Source: Candidatus Hydrogenedentes bacterium ADurb.Bin170 (GTDB lineage: Bacteria > Hydrogenedentota > Hydrogenedentia > Hydrogenedentales > CAITNO01). From it: DNA of 64,000 bases. The stretch spans positions 11,820 through 75,819 of the forward strand of contig MWCY01000002.1 of the NCBI GenBank assembly GCA_002070275.1. The letters run 5' to 3'. Positions within the stretch are counted from its first letter, which is position 1; every line of letters starts with the position of its first letter. Below, piece after piece: positions 36,762-46,529 of this stretch. The position numbers and the translations under genes were made by a program. Below the pieces are notes generated by a model, which saw only the letters and a program-made list of their open reading frames with translations, was not told where the DNA came from and did no database searches.

Positions 36762-37327
36762 AGGTATTAAGGAGTGAGAAAATGAAGATTTTCTGCAAAG
36801 TCGGTCAAGATCAGAACATTTGGGCATGGATTTTTCGGCTCTTCTGCCTCGCAGGTCTGTTTTCTCTTCTCTTCATTGACGCCTACTTCAATATTCAACG
36901 ACGTAATAATGATTATGAAATCGGGCGGCTGGGCGCCAGGCGGCGCGCACTGGAAGACGAGCTGACACAACAGAACTCGTTGCTGTCACAGGTAAAGCCC
37001 AAAGAATTTATGGAAAAAAAAGCCGAGGAACTGGGATTGCAGAATCCGGACGTGTACCAGTTTCAGGTGGTTCAATATCGTGAAGTCCCCCGAAAAGCGC
37101 CCATTCTCCGGTTGGATAATCTGCAGAGGCCTCTTGAAGGACTGAATCCTCCCGTTAAACGGATAGAGATGGCGAATCGTCCTGAACTGGAAGCAGCACC
37201 TGCTATCCCCGTGCAGACCGTACCGGCTGTTGAAGCCGTTGAACTTAAGACCGTTCCAGCGCCGGCTGAGGTAGAGGATCCGGAGTTGTCTTTCATGTCG
37301 GTCGGTGACATGCTGGCATCATTATAA
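36758..37327 (+). CDS. ftsL: Cell division protein FtsL-like (septum formation initiator family)
   Basis: Position between rsmH and ftsI. Short cytoplasmic N-terminus, single TM (WAWIFRLFCLAGLFSLLFI), coiled-coil-like region (ALEDELTQQNSLLSQV). ATGA overlap with rsmH stop. Confidence 0.5.
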   Translation: MKVLRSEKMKIFCKVGQDQNIWAWIFRLFCLAGLFSLLFIDAYFNIQRRNNDYEIGRLGARRRALEDELTQQNSLLSQVKPKEFMEKKAEELGLQNPDVYQFQVVQYREVPRKAPILRLDNLQRPLEGLNPPVKRIEMANRPELEAAPAIPVQTVPAVEAVELKTVPAPAEVEDPELSFMSVGDMLASL

Positions 37328-37391
37328 ACGGCGGCGGAACGGAGAGAATTGCAGGCTCTGCCGTTCCTGAAAAAAAGGGAGGTACCATCTC

Positions 37392-39605
37392 ATGGCATTT
37401 CTGCGGCGGTTTCCACTGCACCCTGATCCTGATTTAAAACGGAAGGCCATGCAGCAGCATCAGCTACGCGCCTGTTTCGCCGGTGCCGGACTTCTCGTTC
37501 TCGGTACTTTCATTATCGGTATGCTGGTATATTCCAACTTTCATCCTCAGGAAAACCTGGCTTCAGAGGATGAAACACATATCGGGCGTTTTTTCATTAA
37601 AAATCAGCGCGGCGAGATTTTCGACCGCAACGGAACAGTGCTTGCGGTAAACAAGTCAGCACCGACACTGCAGGTCGATCCGCGGAAGGTGGAAGATGCG
37701 GATGCACTTGCAACCTTTCTCAGCAAGCACATTGATATGTCCTGGGAAGATATTTTTGCACGCCTTGCCAAACTGGACGAATCCGGCCAGGTGCGCAAAA
37801 TGAACACCATCAAGCGCTGGATAGAAAAACCTTCCAGAGAAGAACTTGAAAAGATTATTGCTTCCGAACCTTCTCTCTCGCTTCGAGACGAACCCCTGCG
37901 GCACTATCGCTACGGCGACAGCGCAGCGCATCTTTTAGGCTTTGTAAATCGCGCCGGGGAAGCCAGCGAAGGGCTGGAACTGGCCTTTGACAAATATCTG
38001 CACCCGCGCGCCGGAGAAATCCGCGCCAGAACAGACAACGGCAGACAGCTGCTGCCTTCGGGGCTTTTGTCTTATCAGGAGCCTGAAGGGGGAGACAAGG
38101 TACAGATTACTGTAGACATCAACATGCAGCAGACGCTTGAGCGCTGTCTGGACAAACGCATGGAAGAAGTGGGCGCAAAGGCAGCGATGGGCATCCTGAT
38201 GGATCCTCATACGGGCGCCATCTTTGCCCTTGCCAACCGCCCCGCTTTTGATCCGAACCATTACGATCTGTATGACCCTGCACTGCGGAAAAATCGTGTC
38301 GCTCTGGATCGTTTTGAACCGGGCTCTGCTTTCAAAATCGTCGTTTCCTCCGCGGCGCTTGAAAATCATCTCGTCTATCCGGAAGAAATGATTGACTGCG
38401 AGAACGGCGGATTCAATCCTTACGGGCATTATATAAAAGATTTCTACAGGCTGGGCGTAATCCCCTTCTCTTATGCCTTTGCCAAATCCAGCAATGTCGC
38501 CATGATCAAACTGGGCAAACGGCTCGGTCCGGAACGCATGGACGAATGGATTCGCCTTTACGGATTCGGCGAAAAAACGTCCCGTGATTTTAAGCATGAA
38601 AGCACTGGGATTTACCACGCCCGTGAGAAATGGTCTCGTCTGTCCATGGGCTCCCTGCCCATGGGCCAGGAAATTGCCGTAACCTCATTACAACTGGCGC
38701 GTGCCTTTGCGGTGATTGCCAGTGGCGGCCTTCTGGTGGAACCCTATTTTGTTGAACAGGCGGTGAACCGGTACGGGGAGGTGACCTATAAGCATGATCC
38801 CCTTCCACCGAAACGCGTTCTGTCTCCGGACACAGCAAAGACCATGGTGGAACTCTGCCACCAGGTCGTGCTGCATGGCACAGGTACGACCGCAAATATC
38901 CCTGAATTCCGCGTGGGCGGCAAGACCGGCACAGCACAAATGGCAAAAAGCAACGGACGCGGATATGATCCTGATCGTTACACCGCTGTCTTTGCAGGTT
39001 TTGCACCTGTAGCGTCTCCCAGTATTGTGGGTGTCATCGTGGTTCAGGAACCGGCAATCCGTCAGCGCTGGGGCGGCTTTGTCTGCGGGCCTGTTTTCCA
39101 GGAAGTGGTAAAAGATGCGCTAATCCGTCTGGGAACGCCGGAAGATCCCGTCGTTAACCCGGACAACCCCCGTATGGAACCCGTCAAAAAGACAGCACCG
39201 AAAGAGCAGGCACCTGCGCAGAGCAAAGACAAAGAGAGAACACTTATTGCCGATCTTATCGCCGAAGAAGATGCCGACACCGTCTCTCCTCCGCCTGCAC
39301 CGGAAGACATCGATGAAAACTTTCAGGCATTGATCACACCGCTTGACGGCATTTCTCTGGTTGCGCGGCCCATGGCTGCCAAAGGTGATGAGAAAGCAAT
39401 GCCTGATCTGACGGGAAAAACAAAGTCTCAGGTCAGAATGGAACTGCAGCGGATGGGTATTGTTCTTGATGCACAGGGTGTCGGCTGGGCCGTGGAACAG
39501 GAATTTGCTCCGGGATTATCGGTAGGCGATGTGAAGGTCTGCAGTATCCGCTTTTCCGACAAAATGCCGCCCATGGAAAAAGGGAACCCCGATGACGCAG
39601 GATGA
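37392..39605 (+). CDS. ftsI: Peptidoglycan D,D-transpeptidase FtsI (class B PBP) with C-terminal PASTA domain
   Basis: TM anchor, dimerisation domain, transpeptidase motifs SAFK (GSAFKIV), SSN (KSSNVAM), KTGT (GGKTGTAQ). C-terminal PASTA-like segment (MPDLTGKTKSQVRMELQRMGIVLD). Confidence 0.85.
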   Translation: MAFLRRFPLHPDPDLKRKAMQQHQLRACFAGAGLLVLGTFIIGMLVYSNFHPQENLASEDETHIGRFFIKNQRGEIFDRNGTVLAVNKSAPTLQVDPRKVEDADALATFLSKHIDMSWEDIFARLAKLDESGQVRKMNTIKRWIEKPSREELEKIIASEPSLSLRDEPLRHYRYGDSAAHLLGFVNRAGEASEGLELAFDKYLHPRAGEIRARTDNGRQLLPSGLLSYQEPEGGDKVQITVDINMQQTLERCLDKRMEEVGAKAAMGILMDPHTGAIFALANRPAFDPNHYDLYDPALRKNRVALDRFEPGSAFKIVVSSAALENHLVYPEEMIDCENGGFNPYGHYIKDFYRLGVIPFSYAFAKSSNVAMIKLGKRLGPERMDEWIRLYGFGEKTSRDFKHESTGIYHAREKWSRLSMGSLPMGQEIAVTSLQLARAFAVIASGGLLVEPYFVEQAVNRYGEVTYKHDPLPPKRVLSPDTAKTMVELCHQVVLHGTGTTANIPEFRVGGKTGTAQMAKSNGRGYDPDRYTAVFAGFAPVASPSIVGVIVVQEPAIRQRWGGFVCGPVFQEVVKDALIRLGTPEDPVVNPDNPRMEPVKKTAPKEQAPAQSKDKERTLIADLIAEEDADTVSPPPAPEDIDENFQALITPLDGISLVARPMAAKGDEKAMPDLTGKTKSQVRMELQRMGIVLDAQGVGWAVEQEFAPGLSVGDVKVCSIRFSDKMPPMEKGNPDDAG

Positions 39606-41082
39606 ACTGAGCACACTGCTGGATATTCCGCCGATTCACCGGGAATTGGAAATCAATTCTGTTACGGAAGATTCTAGAAAAGTGCATCCCTGCTCGTTGT
39701 TTATTGCAAGAGCGGGGCAGAAATCTGACGGACATTCCTATATGGAACAGGCTGTTGCCAACGGTGCAGCAGCCGTTCTGGGTAATCGTAAAGACATCGC
39801 TGACGCTTTCGGGAAACCCTACATTTTTTATGAGCATCCCCGACGGGCAGCAGGACTCATTGCGCATGCTCTGGAAGGCAACCCTTCCGAAAATCTGTGT
39901 GTGATCGGCGTTACGGGCACTAACGGAAAAACAAGCACCTGCTGCCTGATACAGCAGATCCTGAATCATTCCGGATTTTTGTGCGCCAACTTCGGCACAC
40001 TCGGATACAGCCTGCCGGAAGAAGAAGTGCCCGCAGCACATACGACCCCTTTTGGCGAAGACCTGGCTCAACTTTTTTCCCGGGCAAAACAGCAGGGCTG
40101 CACACATGTCGTCATGGAAGTCAGCTCTCACGCCCTGGAGCAGGAACGTGTCGCAGGCATTCATTTCAATATAGGCGCCTTTACGAACCTCACACAGGAC
40201 CATCTGGACTACCATCAGTCCATGGACGCTTATCTTGAAGCCAAATTGCTGCTGTTTCACAAACTGCATGCTGTTTTTCAGGATCCGCAGGGCGCCCGTC
40301 CCTGCTTTTCAGCCGTCAACCGGGAAGACCCTTCGGCAGCGCGTTTTATTGAGGCTTTTCCTGAAGCCTGCATCTCCTATGGAAAAGGCGGAACCATTCA
40401 TGCAAAAGAGGTGGTTCTCGATATTCACGGCGCACAATTTACACTGGTCACCCCCGAAGGCTCTGCAGCGGTCACGCTTTCTCTCGTCGGCAGGCATAAT
40501 GTGCAGAATGCACTGTGCGCTGCAGCGATCTGTCACGGAGCAGGCATACCGCTGAAAGCAATAGCCGCCGGACTTGCTTCCCTGACATCGATCCCGGGGC
40601 GCATGGAAGCTGTCGGCGAAGGTTTTCCTTTTCAGGTTGTCGTCGATTACGCTCACACCGATGACGGATTGCGCAACGCACTCAACGCCGCCCGGGCTGT
40701 CTGCAAGAGAAAAGTCATTGTCGTATTCGGCTGCGGAGGCGACAGGGATAAAAGCAAACGTCCGAAAATGGGTGCTGTTGCGGCGGAGCTCGCCGACTTG
40801 GCCATTATCACCTCGGACAACCCCCGAACAGAAGATCCTTTCCTGATCCTGCTGGATGTGGAGATTGGACTGCAGAAACGGCAGAAATATAAAGGCGATG
40901 ACTATCTGGTCATTGAATCCCGTCAGGAAGCAATAGAAAAAGCTGTATCAATGGCAGCACCGGGCGATCTTATACTGATCGCCGGCAAGGGTCATGAAGA
41001 TTACCAGATTATCGGAACCGAGCGGCGACATTTTGACGACCGGGAAGCAGCGCGCGCCGCTCTGAAAGCTCTTTCATTATGA
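39592..41082 (+). CDS. murE: UDP-N-acetylmuramoyl-L-alanyl-D-glutamate--2,6-diaminopimelate ligase
   Basis: GVTGTNGKTST P-loop, DNPRTEDP motif, Mur ligase three-domain pattern. Position in dcw order. Confidence 0.9.
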   Translation: MTQDELSTLLDIPPIHRELEINSVTEDSRKVHPCSLFIARAGQKSDGHSYMEQAVANGAAAVLGNRKDIADAFGKPYIFYEHPRRAAGLIAHALEGNPSENLCVIGVTGTNGKTSTCCLIQQILNHSGFLCANFGTLGYSLPEEEVPAAHTTPFGEDLAQLFSRAKQQGCTHVVMEVSSHALEQERVAGIHFNIGAFTNLTQDHLDYHQSMDAYLEAKLLLFHKLHAVFQDPQGARPCFSAVNREDPSAARFIEAFPEACISYGKGGTIHAKEVVLDIHGAQFTLVTPEGSAAVTLSLVGRHNVQNALCAAAICHGAGIPLKAIAAGLASLTSIPGRMEAVGEGFPFQVVVDYAHTDDGLRNALNAARAVCKRKVIVVFGCGGDRDKSKRPKMGAVAAELADLAIITSDNPRTEDPFLILLDVEIGLQKRQKYKGDDYLVIESRQEAIEKAVSMAAPGDLILIAGKGHEDYQIIGTERRHFDDREAARAALKALSL

Positions 41083-42437
41083 GCATGCATTATACACTGC
41101 AGGAAGCCGGTGCCATGATGGGGCTTTCTTTATCGGGAAGCATGCAGGACGCTCCGGTGATCACAGGCGTGTCCACAGATACCCGGACACTGCAGAAAGG
41201 CGACCTCTTTTTCGCACTGAATGGAGAAAACTTCCGCGGGGATGATTTCGTGGCGGCTGCTTTTCAAAAAGGCGCTGTTGCGGCTGTAACAGACGGATCG
41301 GGCTATAAAGATCCTTTTTTTCAGACATCCAACGCACTGGAAGCACTGCAGCGGCTTGCAGGCGCACATAGAGACCGCTGCCCCGCACGCATTATCGGCA
41401 TCACAGGCTCCTGCGGAAAAACTACGGCAAAAGACATGCTCGCCTCTGTACTCTCTTCTGAATATGTGGTGGAAAAAACACAAGGCAACCTTAACAACGA
41501 TATCGGATGCCCTCTTTCGCTGCTGCGCCTGTCTCAGGCAACTCACTTCGGCATTATAGAAATGGGCGCCAACCATATCGGCGAAATCCGGGCGCTCTGC
41601 GGGCTTGCAAAGCCTGATGAGGGCGTAGTTACACTTGTGGCGCCTGCCCATCTTGAAGGCTTCGGATCACTGGAAGGCGTGGCAGCAGCCAAAGCGGAGC
41701 TGATGGAAGCACTTCCTGAAAAGGGATGTTTTTATGTGAATATGGATGACCCGCTCTGCAGAGCGATGGGCGAACGTTTTCGGGGAGAAACGGTACGTTT
41801 CGGTACGGGCGGGGATGTGTATCTGAAAGAACTTCGGTTTGATGATGAGGGTGAAATGGTTCTGAAGGTGCACCCTGTGGGAACACTGCGTCTTCCGCTC
41901 CGCATTCGTGCCCATGTCTCTCATGTGCTGCTGGCGGTAGCTGCGGGGCTGCGCCATGGCATCATTTCTCTTGAAGCTCCTCTCCGTGACGCCTGTAAAA
42001 AAGCAGCGAGATTCAAAGAAGCCCTTTTTCAGGGCGTGCATGTGCTGGATGACAGTTACAACGCCAACCCGGCAAGCATGAAAGCATCTTTGGAAGCGCT
42101 CCGGGACTATCCCGGGCAGCGCCGCATAGCAGTGCTGGGAGACATGTTTGAACTGGGAAAATCAGCGGAAGCCCTGCATGCGGATATCGGTCGTTTTGCG
42201 GCGTCCCTGTCTATTGACTTCCTTTTATCGCTTGGCGGGTATGGCGGTATCATGGCGGAGGCGGCACATCGGGCAGGGCTGGATCAGGCATTTGCCTGTG
42301 CCAGCCACCAGGAGGCTGCAGCCTGGCTGCAGAATAACACGGCGGCGGGAGATGCGGTTCTGCTCAAAGGCTCCCGGGGCATGAAAATGGAAACAGTATT
42401 TGAGCAGTGGAAAAGTATTGCCCCGGCCGGGCAATAA
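41079..42437 (+). CDS. murF: UDP-N-acetylmuramoyl-tripeptide--D-alanyl-D-alanine ligase
   Basis: GITGSCGKTTAKDM P-loop, Mur ligase family. ATGA overlap with murE. dcw order. Confidence 0.85.
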   Translation: MSMHYTLQEAGAMMGLSLSGSMQDAPVITGVSTDTRTLQKGDLFFALNGENFRGDDFVAAAFQKGAVAAVTDGSGYKDPFFQTSNALEALQRLAGAHRDRCPARIIGITGSCGKTTAKDMLASVLSSEYVVEKTQGNLNNDIGCPLSLLRLSQATHFGIIEMGANHIGEIRALCGLAKPDEGVVTLVAPAHLEGFGSLEGVAAAKAELMEALPEKGCFYVNMDDPLCRAMGERFRGETVRFGTGGDVYLKELRFDDEGEMVLKVHPVGTLRLPLRIRAHVSHVLLAVAAGLRHGIISLEAPLRDACKKAARFKEALFQGVHVLDDSYNANPASMKASLEALRDYPGQRRIAVLGDMFELGKSAEALHADIGRFAASLSIDFLLSLGGYGGIMAEAAHRAGLDQAFACASHQEAAAWLQNNTAAGDAVLLKGSRGMKMETVFEQWKSIAPAGQ

Positions 42438-42440
42438 CGG

Positions 42441-43934
42441 GTGGATTTCATGGCATATTGGCTGTCTGTTCTTCTGAAAGATGAGGTGGGCTTCACCAAC
42501 GTATTAAGCTACCACAGCGTCCGTGCGGGCGGTGCCGCTTTCACCGCTTTTTTTCTTTCCATCCTTTTAGGTCCGGCAATTATCCGGAGGCTGCGCCAGC
42601 TGAAAATCGGACAGTATATCAGAGAAGAGCATGTCGAAAGCCTGCACGAACTTCATAAAGGAAAAGCAGGAACACCCACCATGGGTGGCCTGATGATCAT
42701 CGTTTCCACCCTTGCCGCTCTGCTTCTGTGGGGCAGACTGTCGAACCGCCTTCTATGGGTTTCCATGATTATCCTCCTGGTCATGGGCGCTTTGGGGTTT
42801 ATGGATGATTTCATCAAACTGAAACGCAAACATAATGCAGGCTTGAGCGCCCGGGCAAAATTCGCCGGTCAGATTCTGACGGGTCTGCTTCTGGGTATTT
42901 ATCTGGTCAATAACCCCATTACTGTCAGCGAATCCTATGTGCTGCATCGGGACGTCATCAACTGGCCTCTTCTGGAATCGATGCTGGCAGGCGCACACGA
43001 GCGAAGCCAGACCCCGGATGTAAAAAAAATCTGCAGTATGTTGTCCCCGGAGTGCAGGAGCATCATCAGAGGAAATGTAAATGAAGCACAGATCACCGAT
43101 GAAGAACAGCAGACAGTGCTGAAAGAACTCAATCTGGCACTTCGCAGCACAGAGCTCTACGAGGAAGCACTCTGGCACGACATTGTAAAGAACCCGGAAG
43201 CAAGACGGCTCCTCCAGTCTTCCCCTGAGAAGATGAGTGAACGGGATCTGATCCGCTTTAACCGGCTGTTACTGGAGCAGAGTTTCTCCGGAATGATTGC
43301 GGAAAGCGTTCCGAACCTTCATACCAAGCTGGGGATTCCGGGATTCAAAGAACTATTTATCCCCCTGGGCTTCTTTTACATCTTCTTCGTCACACTTGTC
43401 ATGGTCAGCATAACCAACGCCGTCAATCTTACCGACGGGCTGGACGGGCTTGCCGCCGGCGTTTCCATCATTTCCATTCTTGCCTATGCAGCCATCGCCT
43501 ATATCATCAGCCGGGCAGACTGGTCACGCTATCTTTTCCTAACCTATGTTCCCGAGGCAAGCGAACTCTTCGTCTTCGGGGCGGCACTTCTTGGCTCCGG
43601 CCTGGGTTTTCTCTGGTTTAACGGACATCCCGCAGAAGTCTTCATGGGCGACACCGGCTCTCTGGCATTGGGCGGAGCCATCGGTGCGCTGGCGCTGCTG
43701 ACCAAACAGGAACTGCTGCTTCCCGTTGTTGCCGGTCTTTTTGTTCTGGAAGCAGCAAGCGTCGTCATTCAGGTATTTTCATTTAAACTGACAGGGAAAC
43801 GTGTTTTCCGCATGTCGCCGCTGCATCATCATTTTGAATTGTGCGGCTGGAAGGAAACCAAAGTAACCCTGCGTTTCTGGATTCTTGCGTTTCTGTTTGC
43901 GCTTCTCAGTCTGGGCGCATTAAAGCTTCGTTGA
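42441..43934 (+). CDS. mraY: Phospho-N-acetylmuramoyl-pentapeptide transferase with approximately 135-aa loop insertion
   Basis: Conserved MraY blocks (GTPTMGG, MDDFIKL, NAVNLTDGLDGLA, GDTGSLALGGA, MSPLHHHFE). Protein is 497 aa versus approximately 360 typical, with the extra segment between the TM4-like and TM5-like helices. Confidence 0.9.
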   Translation: MDFMAYWLSVLLKDEVGFTNVLSYHSVRAGGAAFTAFFLSILLGPAIIRRLRQLKIGQYIREEHVESLHELHKGKAGTPTMGGLMIIVSTLAALLLWGRLSNRLLWVSMIILLVMGALGFMDDFIKLKRKHNAGLSARAKFAGQILTGLLLGIYLVNNPITVSESYVLHRDVINWPLLESMLAGAHERSQTPDVKKICSMLSPECRSIIRGNVNEAQITDEEQQTVLKELNLALRSTELYEEALWHDIVKNPEARRLLQSSPEKMSERDLIRFNRLLLEQSFSGMIAESVPNLHTKLGIPGFKELFIPLGFFYIFFVTLVMVSITNAVNLTDGLDGLAAGVSIISILAYAAIAYIISRADWSRYLFLTYVPEASELFVFGAALLGSGLGFLWFNGHPAEVFMGDTGSLALGGAIGALALLTKQELLLPVVAGLFVLEAASVVIQVFSFKLTGKRVFRMSPLHHHFELCGWKETKVTLRFWILAFLFALLSLGALKLR

Positions 43935-43950
43935 CAAACACCGGGAAAAT

Positions 43951-45324
43951 ATGGATCTGACAGGTAAACATATCCTTCTAGTGGGGCTGGGCCGCTCTTC
44001 GGTGGCAGCGGCGCAGCTCATTATGGAAAAGGGAGGGATGCCTTTTATCAGCGAGCGGAACGACGGACAATCGCTGGAAAACTGGCTGGAGATCTGTCGC
44101 ACCCGGGGAATTCCTGTGGAAACGGCCGGGCATACATCTCCCCTCTTTCAAACCGCCGATCTCGTTGTAATCAATCCGGGTGTCCCCTATAGCGCCCCCT
44201 GCCTGGACATACCGAAAGAAAAAGGCATACCCGTCGTCGGAGAATTGGAATTCGCCTCCTGGTTCAATCACTCCACCGTTATTGCCGTCACCGGAACCAA
44301 TGGAAAAACCACCGCTACCAGTCTCCTTTACACCATGATCCGCACCTGTGGGTATAGTGTCGCTTTGGCAGGCAACACACATACCGCATGGTCGGAAGTT
44401 ACTGCAAAAGAAGAACAACCTGAATATACCGTGCTGGAAGTAAGCAGTTATCAGATGGAAACGGCAGATACATTTCACCCGAAAGTTGCCGTCATTCTCA
44501 ATCTTACCCCGGATCATCTGGGCAGGCATGGAACCATGGAATGCTATGGCGCAACAAAAGCACGTATATTTCAACGCATGCAGTCAGGTGACACAGTCAT
44601 TCTAAATAAAGATTACGCCGCTTTACGCGCCTTGCCTCTTCCTTTTCAGGCAGAAACAGTCTGGTTCGGAAAAGCAAGGGATGGCGATAAAACGGGTTGG
44701 AGCTATGATACCGCCCACTTCTATCAGGACGGCGAAATTGCCGCCGATGCAAAAGACAGTCCACTGCCGGGACTGCATAATAAAGAAAATATTACTGCCG
44801 TGCTTGCTGCCGCTCATGCACTGGGACTGGACTGGGGCGGAGTTTTACAGGGACTGCGGCAGTTTGCAGGTGTTGAGCACCGCATTGAATATGTCGCTTC
44901 CATCAACGGGATCGCATTTTTCAACGATTCAAAAGCCACCAATATAGACAGCCTCCGGGTGGCGCTGGAAAGCTTTGTGCAGCCGGTGGTTCTGATTGCG
45001 GGAGGAGAAGGAAAAGGCAGCAGTTATGAACCGCTCCGTTCTCTTATCCGTGACCATGTCAGTACCCTGATAACTATTGGCGAGGAAGCGCCGGCTCTTG
45101 AAGCATGCTTTCAAAAAGACGTTTTCATTTGCCGGGGAACAACCATGAAAGACGCCGTTTACAAGGCATATACGGCGGCTTCACCCGGCAGTGTTGTCCT
45201 CCTCTCCCCTGCCTGCGCCAGTTTTGACTGGTACAGCAATTATGAGGAGCGGGGCGGTGATTTCAAAAACTGCGTTCATGCGCTTAAAGAAGATCTGCAT
45301 ACAGGCGAGGAGAAAGGAAAATGA
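43951..45324 (+). CDS. murD: UDP-N-acetylmuramoylalanine--D-glutamate ligase
   Basis: N-terminal Rossmann (ILLVGLGRS), VIAVTGTNGKTTATSLL P-loop, Mur ligase C-domain. dcw order. Confidence 0.9.
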   Translation: MDLTGKHILLVGLGRSSVAAAQLIMEKGGMPFISERNDGQSLENWLEICRTRGIPVETAGHTSPLFQTADLVVINPGVPYSAPCLDIPKEKGIPVVGELEFASWFNHSTVIAVTGTNGKTTATSLLYTMIRTCGYSVALAGNTHTAWSEVTAKEEQPEYTVLEVSSYQMETADTFHPKVAVILNLTPDHLGRHGTMECYGATKARIFQRMQSGDTVILNKDYAALRALPLPFQAETVWFGKARDGDKTGWSYDTAHFYQDGEIAADAKDSPLPGLHNKENITAVLAAAHALGLDWGGVLQGLRQFAGVEHRIEYVASINGIAFFNDSKATNIDSLRVALESFVQPVVLIAGGEGKGSSYEPLRSLIRDHVSTLITIGEEAPALEACFQKDVFICRGTTMKDAVYKAYTAASPGSVVLLSPACASFDWYSNYEERGGDFKNCVHALKEDLHTGEEKGK

Positions 45325-46496
45325 AAAAAGAAACCAATACACTGATCATGGCTGTACTGGCGCTGGTTCTGCTGGGCACACTGATGATGTACAGTATTGA
45401 TGCCGTGCGCGGGCCCAAATCCATGATTCTCTATAAACATCTGGCGTTTCTCGGCTTAGGGCTGATCGGTTTTTTCTTCACAATGATACTTGATTACCAC
45501 GTGCTCGGAAGTCCGGCGGTTCGGAAAGCATTTCTGATTGGCACGCTGATTCTCCTTGCGTGCACTTTTATTCCCGGTCTTCGGCTGAGCATGGGCGGCG
45601 CTTATCGGTGGATCGGATGGAAACAGCTGAGTTTTCAGCCTGCTGAACTGGCACGTTTCACCCTTGTACTCATGCTCGCTGTCCGATTATCTAAACAGCA
45701 GGATAATATGAGCTATTGGACAACCAGCCTTGTAAAGCCGGGATTTTATCTCGGGCTTTTCGCCGGGATAGTTGTGCTGCAAAAGGATCTCGGAATTCCT
45801 GTCGTCATGTCCGTTGCCACGTTCATCATTATATGGACTGCCGGCGCCCGCATTGCCCACCTGGGTCTTGCAGGTGCGGTAGGTATCACCGCAATTATCC
45901 CGCTTATTGCCATGGAAGGGTACAGAGCGACCCGAATTAAATCATTTATGGATCCCTGGGCAGCACGGGATAGTCACGGCTATCAATTAATTCAATCGCT
46001 CTCTTCTTTCTATCAGGGAGGTGTCTGGGGGCGCGGTGTAGGTTTCGGAGAGCAGAAACTCGGTTATCTCCCGGCTGCACATACAGATTTTATCTTTGCC
46101 ATGATCGGTGAAGAACTGGGGCTGGTGGGAACCATTGTGGTAGTGCTGCTATTTACAGCCATTCTCATTGCGGGCATTCGGACTGTGGTGCGGGCGCCTG
46201 ATCTGTTCGGGTCTCTTCTGGCTGTCGGAATTACGACGCTCATTGTCTTTCAGGCCTTCTTCGTCATGTTGGTTAACCTTGGGTGGCTGCCGACCAAAGG
46301 GCTTCCTCTCCCCTTCGTAAGCTATGGCGGCAGCGCCCTGATGACCAATCTGTGGATGGCAGGCGTGCTGATCAACATTGCTTCTCAGGCAAGTGAAAAG
46401 GAAAAAACGGCGAGAAGCAGTGTTTTTACTCATTCACGACTGAAATACCTGTTCCGCATTTTCCTTCCTAAAAAACCGGCGACAGTACGTATCTGA
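45321..46496 (+). CDS. ftsW: SEDS family peptidoglycan glycosyltransferase / lipid II flippase FtsW
   Basis: 10-TM SEDS pattern (..TDFIFAMIGEELG..LPTKGLPLPFVSYGGSA). ATGA overlap with murD. Position after murD. Confidence 0.85.
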   Translation: MKKETNTLIMAVLALVLLGTLMMYSIDAVRGPKSMILYKHLAFLGLGLIGFFFTMILDYHVLGSPAVRKAFLIGTLILLACTFIPGLRLSMGGAYRWIGWKQLSFQPAELARFTLVLMLAVRLSKQQDNMSYWTTSLVKPGFYLGLFAGIVVLQKDLGIPVVMSVATFIIIWTAGARIAHLGLAGAVGITAIIPLIAMEGYRATRIKSFMDPWAARDSHGYQLIQSLSSFYQGGVWGRGVGFGEQKLGYLPAAHTDFIFAMIGEELGLVGTIVVVLLFTAILIAGIRTVVRAPDLFGSLLAVGITTLIVFQAFFVMLVNLGWLPTKGLPLPFVSYGGSALMTNLWMAGVLINIASQASEKEKTARSSVFTHSRLKYLFRIFLPKKPATVRI

Positions 46497-46529
46497 CTTT
46501 CGGTGTAAGGCGATACAGACAGGCTGGAA

